A stretch of DNA of 64,000 nt from Vicinamibacteria bacterium (GCA_963668695.2 CAXXLQ010000004.1:992001-1056000); one strand, 5' to 3'. Shown: positions 38,484 through 49,133, counted from the first letter of the stretch. The notes: generated by a model not told the origin, from the letters alone. Made by a program: numbers and translations.

Positions 38484-40396
38484 ACCCCGACAGGCGTCCC
38501 GGCGACCGGCTCCGGAAGCGGCGCCTCGACCGCCGCCGGCGGGTCGTAGAGATTCGGAACCCGGCCCTCGAGCAACGTGGGGAAGCCGTCCCTCAGGAAA
38601 TCCTGAGCGAGGGCGTACGTCTCCTGGTCCTGATTTCGCCGGAGCCCGCGTCTCAACTCGCCGATCCGGGTCCTGGATCCGGCGCAAAAACTCTCGACCA
38701 GCGGCAAGACGTCCTCTCTCCGCGCTCCCCGGGCGAGGAGCGCCTCGGCGTGCACGACGGTGGCGACCTGGGCGTAGAGCTCGGCGCCGAAATCCACGAA
38801 ACGCCAGAGAAGCATCTGTCGCTTTTCGAGCCCGGGCCCGTAGCGCAGCATGGCGTGGAAGAGGCTTCGCGCGAGACGATGGCTGCTCTTCGCGACGAAG
38901 CGCAGGTGCCGGCGCGCCCAGGCGTCGCCGCCTCCCGGCGCCATCGCCGGAAGCCATTGTCTGACGTACCAGGGGACATAGAAGAGACCAGCCCGGAGGG
39001 CCGTCGCCACCCGCTTCGAAAGCGGCAGCGCGGGATTCATCACCGGGCCGGCACGCCGGAGGTGAGGATCGAGCACTTCGCGGGCGATGAACAGCCGCAG
39101 GATTTCGCTCGATCCCTCGAAGATGGTGTTGATCCGGTTGTCCCGAAGCGTCCGCTCGGCCGGGAAGGGACGTTCGCCGCGTGCCGCGAGCGATGCCGCG
39201 GTTTCGTAGCCCCGTCCCCCCAGCACCTGGACGGTCTCGTCCGCGATCCGCCACGCCGCCTCGCTCGCGTACATCTTGGAGATGGCGGCCTCGATGCGAA
39301 TGTCCGCTCCCCCGATGTCCACGAGGAGCGAAGTGAGATCGGACATCGCATCCATCGCGAAGGTCGTGGCCGCCATCCGCCCGATCTTGTCGGCGATCGC
39401 GGCATGCTCCCCGATCGGGGCTCCCCACTGCACCCGCTCCCGCGCCCAGGTCCGGGCGATATAGAGCGATCGCTTGGCCGTTCCGATGCAGATCCCCGGG
39501 AGCGTCAGGCGACCCGTATTCAGGGTGGTAAGCGCGACCCGGAGCCCCTTTCCGACCGGACCGAGGACGTTGTCCCTGGGGATCCGCACCTCGGTAAAGC
39601 GCATCACGCCGTTGTAGAGCGCCTTGAGCCCCATGAAATGGCAGCGCCGGACGACCTCGACGCCCGGCCAACGGGTATCCACGATGAAGGTGGTGATCCC
39701 CTCGCGCCCTCCGGGTGTTTCGGCCGGGGTGCGCGCCATCACCACGAGCCAGCGGGCCTTGGTGCCATTCGTGCACCAGAGTTTTTCGCCGTTGAGGATG
39801 AAGAAGCGGCCGTCGGGAGTGGGTTCGGCAAGCGCCTGCATCCGCGCGGCGTCCGATCCGACCGTCGTCTCGGTCAAGGCGAACGCCGAGATGTCTCCCG
39901 CGGCTACCTGGGGCAGGAACTCCCTTTTTTGCTCCTCGGTGCCGAACAACAGGATCGGCTGCGCGATCCCGATGGATTGATGGGCGGAGATCAGCGACGC
40001 GAGGCTCCCGCAGTGGCTCCCGAGCAGAATCGCGGATCGGGTGTAGATCCGCTGGGAGAGGCCAAGTCCCCCGTAGCGCTTCGGTATCTTGATTCCGAAG
40101 GCGCCCATCGCCGCCAGATCTCGAAACACCGAATCCGGGATTTCTCCGGTACGGTCGATCTCGTCGGCGTCCACCGACTCCAGCAGGAAGGTCTCAAGCC
40201 GCTCGAGGAAAGCCTCCCCCTCGGGCTCCACCCCGCTGTCGGGGTAGGGCCGCACGATCCCGGTGGACAGGCGGCCGAGGAAAAGACCACCGGCAAAGGT
40301 CGGGTACCGCCATCCCGTCTCCCGCGCCGCCTCTGCGAGCTCGAAAGCCGCCCGCTTGCCGGCCGACATCCGGGAGGTATCAATGGGGGTGGTCAT
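38480..40396 (-). CDS. Acyl-CoA dehydrogenase family protein
   Basis: GAFGIKIP..YGGLG, SAFALTE..VGSD, LNGEKLWCTNG, TLNTGRL, RINTIFEGSSEI. Confidence 0.93.
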   Translation of the reverse strand: MTTPIDTSRMSAGKRAAFELAEAARETGWRYPTFAGGLFLGRLSTGIVRPYPDSGVEPEGEAFLERLETFLLESVDADEIDRTGEIPDSVFRDLAAMGAFGIKIPKRYGGLGLSQRIYTRSAILLGSHCGSLASLISAHQSIGIAQPILLFGTEEQKREFLPQVAAGDISAFALTETTVGSDAARMQALAEPTPDGRFFILNGEKLWCTNGTKARWLVVMARTPAETPGGREGITTFIVDTRWPGVEVVRRCHFMGLKALYNGVMRFTEVRIPRDNVLGPVGKGLRVALTTLNTGRLTLPGICIGTAKRSLYIARTWARERVQWGAPIGEHAAIADKIGRMAATTFAMDAMSDLTSLLVDIGGADIRIEAAISKMYASEAAWRIADETVQVLGGRGYETAASLAARGERPFPAERTLRDNRINTIFEGSSEILRLFIAREVLDPHLRRAGPVMNPALPLSKRVATALRAGLFYVPWYVRQWLPAMAPGGGDAWARRHLRFVAKSSHRLARSLFHAMLRYGPGLEKRQMLLWRFVDFGAELYAQVATVVHAEALLARGARREDVLPLVESFCAGSRTRIGELRRGLRRNQDQETYALAQDFLRDGFPTLLEGRVPNLYDPPAAVEAPLPEPVAGTPVGV

Positions 40397-40577
40397 GACT
40401 GGCCGGTCCCGATTCTACGCACCTCGCAGTCGCGACCGAGTTCCGGTCCCGGTATCCTCCAGCGCAAGGACGTCGGCCGGCGGGGCTTCCTCGGGTGGAG
40501 GAGTTGATTTCTCCATTTCCTGCTCTCGAACCTCTCGAGATGCCGATCCGCTGAATGGCCCGACCAAGGAGGACGAA

Positions 40578-41024
40578 GTGAACAGCCTACTGATGGTGTC
40601 CCTCGCCCTGGTAAGCGCGCAGTCCGCGCAGTCATGGAAGCCCTTCGAATTCATGGGCGTCCACGGCGGCGAATTCATCGCCGCGGAACACACTGCGATC
40701 GTGGTTCAGTGCAGCGAGGAACAGGAACAGATTCTCGTTACGGTGCACGTTCCACACCCGGAGGTACCGGGGCAGACGGTGCTGAGGCAGCAGACCCTCT
40801 ACCTGGAGATGGACGGCGGCGAGACCCGGACCTTGGAGAAGACGGAGGACCGGCCTTTCCCGGGGATCTTCCAGTTCGAGCCGGAAGAGTGGTTCGTGGA
40901 CTTCCTTCTTGCCGGTGGCACTCTGGGGGCGAGGTTCGAAGGCGTGACGCTGGAAGTCCCGGTGGACGGAGCCTTCATGAAGACAGCCCTCGACCACTGC
41001 ACCGGCGGCGAACACGCCCACTGA
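40578..41024 (+). CDS. Hypothetical secreted protein
   Basis: AAGGAGGA ribosome-binding site before GTG; signal-peptide-like start; two Cys. Confidence 0.6.
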   Translation: MNSLLMVSLALVSAQSAQSWKPFEFMGVHGGEFIAAEHTAIVVQCSEEQEQILVTVHVPHPEVPGQTVLRQQTLYLEMDGGETRTLEKTEDRPFPGIFQFEPEEWFVDFLLAGGTLGARFEGVTLEVPVDGAFMKTALDHCTGGEHAH

Positions 41025-41097
41025 TCGCACCCCGCGGGGGCGGACAGCAGCGCGGCGCCGCGCCGCCGGTCTCGCCGTGAGATAGCCGGCCCGGGCC

Positions 41098-41925
41098 TCA
41101 CCTCGTTCGCGGCCGGCCGGAAAAGGTGTCCATGGCGGCATGGATACCGAAGAACGCCGCAATTGGATCGAGCCAGCCGGCGGGAAGCAGACGCAGCAGC
41201 TTGAGGGAGTGGACGAACCAGGGGAGGACGACCATCGCGCGGTCCTTCTCGATCGCCCGCACGGCAGCCTCGGCGACTCTTGACGGTTGGAGGATCGGGA
41301 GAAGGAACGGAAAACGAGTGCGAACACCCGCAAACATGCCGGTGTCCACGAAAAAGGGGCAGATCAAACTGCTGCGCACGCCGGGCGCGGTACGGCGCAA
41401 TTCGCTCCGGAGAGATTCGTGGAATCCGACGGCCCCGAATTTGGAAGCGCAGTAGTCGGAAAGGCCCGGGACTCCAATCAGGCCGGCGGCGGACGCCATC
41501 GTCACGAAGTGCCCTTCGCCCCTTTCGATCATGGAGGGAAGGAACGCGCCGGTGGTCCAGAAGAGCGCCGCCGTGTTGACCCGAAGGGTGCGTAGAACCT
41601 CCTCCGGAGAGAGGTCCACCAGGCGCTTTCCCGAGACGACGCCGGCGTTGTTGACGAGCACATCTACCTCGCCGAACGAGGCTCGGAGCCGTTCGGCGGC
41701 GCCCGAAACCGCGTCCGGATCCCCGACATCCACCGCATCCGAAACGACGATCTGATTCTCGTTCCGGCGAGTGGCGGCAATCCGGGAAACCGCGTCAGGA
41801 AGGGCCCTGCCGTTCAGATCCCAGATGGCAACGTGCGCTCCCCGCGCTGCCGCCCCGCGGGCGATCAGCAGGCCCATGCCCTGCGCCGCGCCGGTCACCA
41901 ATAGCCGGCGGCCAGCGAGCTTCAC
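41098..41925 (-). CDS. Short-chain dehydrogenase/reductase
   Basis: VTGAAQGMG, LVNNAGV, YCASK; GTGA overlap with the upstream stop. Confidence 0.9.
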   Translation of the reverse strand: MKLAGRRLLVTGAAQGMGLLIARGAAARGAHVAIWDLNGRALPDAVSRIAATRRNENQIVVSDAVDVGDPDAVSGAAERLRASFGEVDVLVNNAGVVSGKRLVDLSPEEVLRTLRVNTAALFWTTGAFLPSMIERGEGHFVTMASAAGLIGVPGLSDYCASKFGAVGFHESLRSELRRTAPGVRSSLICPFFVDTGMFAGVRTRFPFLLPILQPSRVAEAAVRAIEKDRAMVVLPWFVHSLKLLRLLPAGWLDPIAAFFGIHAAMDTFSGRPRTR

Positions 41926-42788
41926 CGCGAGCCTCCGGCGCTGTTCCCGAAGTAGGGGCAGAGCGCCGATTCGGGAGGGGGCGCGGAGAACCGGCTGACC
42001 ACCACCCCCAATACCAGGGAAACCAGCACCCCCGGCGCAGCCGGATGGATGAACTCGGGGCCCCATCCCGGCCAGGGCAGCACGCCGCTCTGCCAGACGA
42101 AAACTCCCGCCACTCCGCCCACCATGGCGGCGAGAGCACCTTCCCGGGTGAGTCCCCGCCAGAAGACCCCGAGTACCACCGGAACGAAGAAGGCGCTGGC
42201 CATGATCGCGGTGAAGAGCAGCACGATGAACTGCACGAGTTCCCCCTCGCCGACTCCGCTGAGAATCAGCACCAGGGGAGCGATTCCAACGATCAGAATC
42301 CCCAGCCGGGCCGCGAGCATCCGGGACCGCGGGCTGGCGCCCGGCCTCAACACTCCCAGCAGATCATGGGAAAGAGCCGACCCGGCAACCAGCAGCAGCG
42401 AATCCACGGTGGACATGATCGCCGAAACCACGGCCGCAAGCAGCACCGTTCCGAGAACCGGCGGCAGCGCGTAGAACGCGATGAGCGGCATCGCGAGGTC
42501 GCCGCTCGGGAGGTTGGGGAATAACCCCATGGCGCCAAGTGCGATCAGGAACACCAGCAGGTTCACTCCGGTGGCAACGATCATGGCGAGGAAGAGACCC
42601 CGCCGGATTTCGTGCTGATCGCGCATCGCGTAGAGGCGCACGAGTTTTTCGGGCGTGGCCACGCCTCCCAGCAGGAAGGAAATGCCCATCGTGAAGAGCA
42701 GCACCCCGGGAAGGGAGCCGAATTCGAAGGCCTCCGGCCGAAGAGCCTCCACGGCGGCAAAGAGCGGTCCCGGCCCGCCCAGCAGGCG
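41922..42788 (-). pseudogene. C-terminal half of a sodium:solute symporter (5' half missing)
   Basis: LVRLYA, LLAAVVSAIMSTVDSLLL, GVFWRGLTREGALA; about 290 aa only, no N-terminal TMs. Confidence 0.75.
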
Positions 42789-43417
42789 GTCAACCCGCCG
42801 TCGTTCGCTTCCTTGAGGCCGCTCCCGAGCACGTTTGATTCGCTGTAGGTGATCCCCATCTCGCGGACCCCGAAGCCATGGAGGACTTCCACCCGATCGA
42901 GTTCGTTCTCGATGGGCGCCGCTCCTTCGATGGCCGCCACCCAGGCAATCCGCCCCTCAGCGTGGGCTCTCAGGATGTCATCCACGGTTTTGCAGTGGAT
43001 GAGGAAGTCCTGGTGGGCGATATCCGCGAGGCGCATTCCGAGGTCGTGGAGCACCTCGTTCCACTTCCAGCCGGTCCGCGATTCGATCCGGCAGATCCCG
43101 TCGAGCAGGTTGTCGAAGACGCAGTCCCAATCGGACCCGGCGAGCGCTTCGAAAGGGGTGAAGACCCGCCCTTCGCGGACGTACGCCGGAGTTCGGTGGA
43201 TGTCCCGGGGAAAGCTGCCGAGGTGTTCGTGGAGCGATATCAGCACCAATTCACCGGCGAGACGTTCGGCGCGGGCCTCCTCTTCGGCAGAGAGCGGAAC
43301 CGGGTGCGCCGGAAAGAGTTCAGCGTCCTCCACCAGGTCTTCCGGGCGGTAGTCCTCGCCCGGAGTCAGATAGCCAAACGAGCGGTAGCCGGCCGCGCCG
43401 CGCTTGTTTCTTCCCAC
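42784..43417 (-). pseudogene. N-terminal part of a membrane dipeptidase (M19), truncated
   Basis: ISLHEH, IEGAAPIENELDR, GITYSESN.LGSG...DGGLT; homology stops there, before the expected IDxSH motif. Confidence 0.75.
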
Positions 43418-43437
43418 GAACCGATGCTACCAGCGGC

Positions 43438-43483
43438 TGGAGGCCCGGTCTTCAGGCCGGCATCGCTCCCGGAGGGGGCGAAA
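43438..43483 (+). repeat. Degenerate REP-like family B copy
   Basis: TGGAGGCCCGGTCTTCAGGCCGGCATCGCTCCC. Confidence 0.55.
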
Positions 43484-43595
43484 GAAGCGGCTCCCAGCCA
43501 CTGGAACAACGGCCCCCGCGGGATCGGCCCGGCAGGCTCTCGGGCTGATAGCGTTCTCCGCCGCCCGGTTGGGCCCTTCCGCTGCGGAGAACTCC

Positions 43596-45023
43596 ATGAG
43601 AACAAAGACCAAAACCCCCACCCTCGTCGTGCTCGCGCTCGCTGGTTTCAGCGTCCTGGCCGCCGCCCAGGACTATGGAAGCCGCGGCAACCTGGGAGCC
43701 TCGGCTACCGAGGCGGAACGCGCCGAGATCGAGGCGATCTACCAGCGGTTCGTTCCCTACATCGACCGGGCGCGCACCGAACTCACGATGGTCCGCGAAA
43801 CCGTCGCCTACGCCGAGGCCCGTGGCTTCCGCGCGTGGGATCCGGCCATCCGGGAAATGAACGCCGGCGACCGCTTCTACGCGATCAACCGGGACCGGAC
43901 GATGCTCCTGTGGATTGTCGGCAGCGAACCGCTGGCCTCCGGGATGCGCCTCATCAACAGCCACATCGACTCGGTTCGGCTCGAACTGAAGCCGCATCCA
44001 CTCACCCGCAAGAAGGACGCCGCGGCGCTCGACACCCTGGTGCACGGCGGGGTCAAGGCGTACCAGTGGGTAAACGTCCCGCTTGGGCTCACCGGGCGGG
44101 TGGACCGGAAAGACGGATCGGTGGTCTGGATCGACTACGGCTTCGACGAGAACGATCCGGTGTTGCTGATTCCCGATCTCGCCCCGCATGTGGACCGCGA
44201 TTTCCGGGATCGGACCCGGGCCGAGGCGATCCACCGCGAGGAACTCGATCCGCTCATCACTTCAGCGCCCACCGGCGGCGATGACGGGATGGACGCAATG
44301 GAGCGCGCCGTCTCTCTGATCGAGTCCGAATTCGGGATCGAGCCGGAGGACTGGGTCAGCAGCGACGTCCAGATCGTTCCCGTTACCAAGCCGCGCGAAG
44401 TCGGTATGGATCGAGCGCTCTTCGCCGCCTTCGGCCTCGACGACCGGCTGACCGGGGTCGCGAACGTGTTTGCATTGGAGGATCTGGAGACTCCGACCCA
44501 CACGGCGATGGCCTACCTGGTCACCGACGAGGAGGTCGGGAGCGGCTCCAACATCAGCGTCGGGTCCGAATGGTTCCGCCGGGTCGTCGCCGAAATGATC
44601 CGCGCCGAAAAAGGATCGGTCAGTGCGCTCGACGTGATGGAGTGCTTCGGCAACACCGACATGATCACCGCGGACACCACCACCGCGACGAACCCGCTGT
44701 GGCCGTCGCCCCAGGCGCCGGACAACGCCTCGCTGCTCCACCACGGACTGGTCATCAAGCTGTATGGCGCCGGCCGCAGCGCGAACAGCGAATTCGTGGC
44801 CCGGCTGCGCCGGATGCTCGACGACGACGACGTGGCCTGGCAGAGCCACACCTACAAGGCCGGCTACGGCGGCGGGACCATCGCCCGCTACTTCAACCAG
44901 ATGAACATGGAGGTCACCGACTGGGGCGTCGGCATCCTCTCGATGCACAGCACCTACGACGTCGCCTCCAAAGCCGACCTGTGGGCGCTCTACAAGGGGT
45001 TCGTCGCCTTCTTCAAGAGCTGA
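43596..45023 (+). CDS. Secreted M18-family aminopeptidase
   Basis: Signal peptide; SHIDSVRLELKP, GGVKAYQW, PDLAPH, LDDRL, DEEVGS, GGGTIA, LSMHS. Confidence 0.88.
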   Translation: MRTKTKTPTLVVLALAGFSVLAAAQDYGSRGNLGASATEAERAEIEAIYQRFVPYIDRARTELTMVRETVAYAEARGFRAWDPAIREMNAGDRFYAINRDRTMLLWIVGSEPLASGMRLINSHIDSVRLELKPHPLTRKKDAAALDTLVHGGVKAYQWVNVPLGLTGRVDRKDGSVVWIDYGFDENDPVLLIPDLAPHVDRDFRDRTRAEAIHREELDPLITSAPTGGDDGMDAMERAVSLIESEFGIEPEDWVSSDVQIVPVTKPREVGMDRALFAAFGLDDRLTGVANVFALEDLETPTHTAMAYLVTDEEVGSGSNISVGSEWFRRVVAEMIRAEKGSVSALDVMECFGNTDMITADTTTATNPLWPSPQAPDNASLLHHGLVIKLYGAGRSANSEFVARLRRMLDDDDVAWQSHTYKAGYGGGTIARYFNQMNMEVTDWGVGILSMHSTYDVASKADLWALYKGFVAFFKS

Positions 45024-45088
45024 CGCTTCCCACCCTTCCCCCGAGACTCGCCCGGAAATACCTCCGCTCCGCCAACCGCCGCCCCGGC

Positions 45089-45268
45089 ATGAGCGTCCGC
45101 GACCTGGAGGCCGAACTCTGGAACTGCGCCCAGATCCTGCGCGGTAGCGCCGTGGCCCGCACCGACTGGAAGACGCACATCCTGCCGCTGCTGTTCTTCA
45201 AGTAAATCAGCGACGTCTGGGACGAGGAGACCGCAGCCGCGATAGACACCTACGGGGAAGCCGACAAG
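45089..45268 (+). pseudogene. hsdM: Type I R-M methyltransferase (HsdM) N-terminal remnant with internal stop
   Basis: LEAELWNCAQILRGS..RTDWKTHILPLLFFK*ISDVWDEE (TAA at 45203-45205). Confidence 0.75.
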
Positions 45269-45460
45269 GACGGCGGGCTTGACCTCCAGGAAGTGAAGGA
45301 AATCGTGGTCCGAAGAACTGATCTTGACAGGTACACCCTTCGGCGCGGCGATGTGCTGATGACTGAGGGCGGAGACCTTGACAAGCTCGGCAGAGGCACA
45401 GTCTGGCAGGAAGAGGTCGCTGGCTGTCTTCACCAGAATCACCTCTTTGCAGTTCGTATT
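45269..45460 (+). pseudogene. hsdS: Type I R-M specificity subunit (HsdS) fragment
   Basis: LDLQEVKEI...YTLRRGDVLMTEGGDLDKLGRGTVW...CLHQNHLFAVR. Confidence 0.75.
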
Positions 45461-45765
45461 CTGGAGAAGGCGATGGAGACGACGAAGCGCGCCGCTGCCG
45501 GCCCGTCGATATTCGATGTGACGGTCGAAGTGACAAAGGAGAAATCATGAGGAAGGATCCGGCTGAAGAGTTGGGGGTCAGACTGGTTCACCTGATCGTG
45601 CTGATTCCGGTGGTCTGGTTCGTCCTGTGCTTTTTTCGCACCAGGATGTATCCGCGATGCACTCATCTGGCCGGATGAGTACATCAGCGGTGAACCGAGC
45701 GCGTTACGCGACACAAGGCCTGAATGGATGAAGGAATGATGGCCGCGGCCTTCCCACCAAGTCCC

Positions 45766-45912
45766 CGTCGAACCCCACTTGCGCGAGGCGTTGATTCGGC
45801 TGAATCCGGAGATCGCGGCGCAGCTCGACCGCACCGACGAGGTCCTGTACCGGCTGCTGGCCATCCTGATGACTGTCCGGACCGAGGGGCTGGTCAAGGC
45901 CAACAAGGAGTA
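45766..45912 (+). pseudogene. hsdR: Type I R-M restriction subunit (HsdR) N-terminal fragment
   Basis: VEPHLREALIRLNPEIAAQLDRTDEVLYRLLAI...EGLVKANKEY. Confidence 0.7.
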
Positions 45913-46588
45913 TCGGAATGTGGGGGTGACGAGCCAGGGAAAGGCAAAACATGTGACATATAGGCCCGTTTTTCACCGAATATCGGCAACCATCTGCACA
46001 CACTTACCCCCGTGCCTAGAGTTTTTCCGGCGCTTGTGGAGCGGCGACTTCGTTCGTTCCTGATCGTCTGAGCGGAGGAGGAACGCTCGCGGCGGAACAA
46101 CCCGGATCCGACGTCATCACCAGGCAGAGCCGCACCGACAGGGTCGGCGAGGGCGGTTGCCTCTCCCACACTCGCGGCGCCTCCGTCCGCGCGATCGGAT
46201 CGGGGCATGATCGAGTGTGGATCGAGGCATGATCCACGGGCGCTCGTCACCCGCAACGGCGACGGACTACGGTCAGGCGTCCGGCGGATCGTGTCAATTT
46301 GATGATGCGATGGAGAAACTGACATAGCAGCCCCGACGCCATCGGCGGCCTGGAGTGCTGGACATCACTCCCGGGCAACCCCCTCGTCCACGGCGGCGAC
46401 GACATCTACTCATTGAAGGGCTTTCGCGTCGCCCCCCGGTTCCTGGCTGCGGGGCCATCCTGAACTCGGATGCCGGCTCCGAATCGCCCCGCGCGGCCCG
46501 GCAGGGATGCCGGGCCGGCCGGCCACGGAACCGGGAACTCCGCTCTGGGCAGTTGCCATGATTTTCCCTAATCTCTACACTTGCGAGG

Positions 46589-47287
46589 ATGTCAAGTCAC
46601 AAGGTGCACTCCGGGGCGCTTCAGCCGGAGTCCTTGATCAGCGTCGGCCTCGACGCTGACGACCTTCGGGCGCTCCCGGAAACGCTTCGTGAGCAGTGTG
46701 GCGTCCTCTGGGAGGGGCCTTCAGGGGACTGGACCTTGGTGGGCACCCGCGACACGGAACTGGCGCAACTCGTCCGGAGGGTACTTGCCCGCCTGGAACC
46801 GATGGCGGCCATGCACCGCCGGAGGCTCAGCGAGCGGAACATTGATCTCTTGTTGGAGAGCATTCTCTCCGACACTCCGCGGGACGACATCCACGCTGTG
46901 CTCGAGATGGACAACGCCAAGCTGCGCGCCGACTATGTGGAGGAGACACGCCTGCTCACCGGGGCCGAGGTTCGCGCCGCGTCGGGTCTCAGCCCGAAAA
47001 ACGCCAGCGAACCGGCCTCGCGCTGGAAGCGCGAGGGCAGAGTCTTCGCGGTGCGCCACGCCGGGCGGGACCTCTATCCGGCGTTCCAGTTCGCCGACGG
47101 GCAGCCGAGACTGGTCATCAAACAGATCCTCGCCGTCATGCCATCCTCGGCGACACCCTGGCAGATTGCGCTGTGGTTCGCATCCGGAAACGGCTGGCTC
47201 GACGGCGCGGAACCGCGGGCGTGTCTCGACGCCACCGATGAAGTCGTTGAGGCAGCCCGCGATTTCGCCAACCCGGTCGAGGGCTGA
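46589..47287 (+). CDS. Antitoxin partner of the RES toxin (Xre/MbcA/ParS-like)
   Basis: SRWKREGRVFAV...YPAFQF...W.IALWF.S.NGWLDG..P; directly upstream of the RES gene. Confidence 0.75.
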   Translation: MSSHKVHSGALQPESLISVGLDADDLRALPETLREQCGVLWEGPSGDWTLVGTRDTELAQLVRRVLARLEPMAAMHRRRLSERNIDLLLESILSDTPRDDIHAVLEMDNAKLRADYVEETRLLTGAEVRAASGLSPKNASEPASRWKREGRVFAVRHAGRDLYPAFQFADGQPRLVIKQILAVMPSSATPWQIALWFASGNGWLDGAEPRACLDATDEVVEAARDFANPVEG

Positions 47288-47301
47288 CGGAGGCCCGGAT
47301 C

Positions 47302-47937
47302 GTGACGATCCTGGAGCCTTCCGCACGATTGGCCACTCCCAATCCCAAGATCCTCGGATCCGGGACTGCTCTGCACCGCATCCATGACAGGGATCGGCCC
47401 GCCAACGCCTTCAACCCGTGTCGAGGGAGGCCCACGCGCTTCGCGCCGATCGTGGATGCCGACGGACGCTGCGTGCCCTCCCTCTACGCGGGGAGTTCCT
47501 TCGACTCCGTCGCGTATGAAACCCTGTTCCGCGGCATCCCCGTAAGTACAAGACGGAAGACGGCTCCTACATCCGCGATGGTCACCCGTGCCCACGGCAT
47601 ACTCCAGACGCAGCGCAATCTCACGCTCGCCTCGCTGCGGGCACCCGATCTCGCGAAGTGGGGGGTTTCGCGCGATTCGGTGAGCGCTTCCTCGCCGAAG
47701 CTCTATAAGGCGACGGCCGCCTGGGCGACGGCCATTCACGACCAGTTTCCGGACATCGAGGGTCTGGTGTGGACTTCGAACCGATGCGATCCGGACGACG
47801 CCTACCTCTTCTTCGGGGATCGGGTGAGCGCGACGGATTTCCGAATCGCCTCCGTCCGGGACGGCCGCGCGGACCCCCCGCTCCTCGCCGATGTGCGGCG
47901 GGCAGGACAGCGCGCCGGGATCACGATCGTGACCTGA
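47302..47937 (+). CDS. RES-domain toxin (NAD+ phosphorylase-like)
   Basis: LHRIH...FNP...TRF, LYAG...ETLFR, GLVWTS...LFFGDR. Confidence 0.85.
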   Translation: MTILEPSARLATPNPKILGSGTALHRIHDRDRPANAFNPCRGRPTRFAPIVDADGRCVPSLYAGSSFDSVAYETLFRGIPVSTRRKTAPTSAMVTRAHGILQTQRNLTLASLRAPDLAKWGVSRDSVSASSPKLYKATAAWATAIHDQFPDIEGLVWTSNRCDPDDAYLFFGDRVSATDFRIASVRDGRADPPLLADVRRAGQRAGITIVT

Positions 47938-48165
47938 TCAGGCGAGCTGCGAGAGGAGGGCCAACGCCGGGGCGACGCGGATTCCATCGGCGGTCTGGTA
48001 GTCCTTCATTCCTGCCGCAGAGATTTGCCACGCCGCGGCGTGTGGAAACTTCCCTTTGAAAAAGCGGAGGCTCCGGGCCACCGGCGCGTCGGACCACTTG
48101 CACTCCACCAGTAGCTGCGGCTGCTCCCGCGACGTCACCACGAAGTCCACCTCATGGCCATCCTC
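47938..48165 (-). pseudogene. C-terminal remnant of an AAA+ ATPase/DUF4143 protein
   Basis: DGHEVDFVV...LLVECKW PD-(D/E)xK-like tail with no upstream ATPase domain. Confidence 0.65.
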
Positions 48166-48218
48166 TTGGCCATGACGGTCCCGCCGGGCCGATGGACAAA
48201 CTCCACCCAAGTTGCCGC

Positions 48219-49121
48219 TTACGTCGTCCCGTGCGCGATAGTGGTTCCGGCGACGTCCTCGCAGTAGCGGGCAATGGCCGCGTGGTCCTCGCGGGCGTGG
48301 CCGTTATCCACCAAGGTCTTCACGAACTGGCGGACCACGGTGGTGACCGGAATCGGGCTCCCGTTCCCGGCGGCAGCCGCCAGCGCGTTGTTCAGGTCCT
48401 TGAGATGGAGTTCGAGGCGGAATCCCGGTTGCCAATCGCCCGCGATCATCTTCCCCGCCTTGGCATTCAGCACGGCGCTGCCGGCGAGGCCGCCCTGAAT
48501 CGCCGACACCACCACCCTGGGGTCCAGGCCGGATCGAACCGCAAACACGAGCGCTTCTCCCACGGCCTGGATGTTTGCGGCCACGACCATCTGGTTCGCG
48601 AGCTTCACGGTATTCCCCGCTCCCGCCGGACCGCAGAGCACCGCGCTCCTTCCGAGCACCTCGAACACCGGACGGAGGGCCTCGAAGGCCGCCTCGCCGC
48701 CTCCCGCCATGATCGCGAGTTCGCCGGCAATGGCGCCAGGCTCTCCTCCGCTCACCGGAGCGTCCACGAAGGCGACGCCGCGCGCCACGGCGGCCGCGCC
48801 GATCTCCCGTGAAACCCCGGGCTCGATCGAGGACATGTCGGTCACCAGGGGCGGCAGTTCTGCCGCCGCCAGGACCCCGTCCGGACCGAGCATCACGAGT
48901 TCCGAATCCGGAGAGTCCGGGAGCATGAGGATCACCGCGTCCTGAGCGCTCGCGCACTCGGCGGCGGATGCAGACCTGCGCGCCCCGGCAGCGGCCAGCT
49001 CGTCCACCGGCCCCCGCGAGCGGCTGTGGACCGTGAGGTCGAACCCGGCCGCGAGCAGATTCTTCGCCATGGGCCTTCCCATGACTCCGAGGCCGATGAA
49101 TCCGATTTTGTGGAGTGACAT
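48219..49121 (-). CDS. garR: 2-hydroxy-3-oxopropionate reductase (beta-hydroxyacid dehydrogenase family)
   Basis: IGFIGLGVMGRPMA, DAPVSGG, VKLANQ, GGLAGS, PGFRLELHLKDL. Confidence 0.8.
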   Translation of the reverse strand: MSLHKIGFIGLGVMGRPMAKNLLAAGFDLTVHSRSRGPVDELAAAGARRSASAAECASAQDAVILMLPDSPDSELVMLGPDGVLAAAELPPLVTDMSSIEPGVSREIGAAAVARGVAFVDAPVSGGEPGAIAGELAIMAGGGEAAFEALRPVFEVLGRSAVLCGPAGAGNTVKLANQMVVAANIQAVGEALVFAVRSGLDPRVVVSAIQGGLAGSAVLNAKAGKMIAGDWQPGFRLELHLKDLNNALAAAAGNGSPIPVTTVVRQFVKTLVDNGHAREDHAAIARYCEDVAGTTIAHGTT

Positions 49122-49133
49122 GATGCGCCGAGG

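Noticed and set aside
38484-39776. 751-aa version of the nucleoside hydrolase ORF
   Set aside because: The extension overlaps the acyl-CoA dehydrogenase in another frame; a TTG start and lipobox at 38483 explain the gene.
46110-46290. Possible tyrosine-recombinase remnant (ITRQSRTDRVGEG resembles the RSKTDQxGEG motif)
   Set aside because: One short, degenerate match with no other integrase motifs; it cannot be supported without a search.
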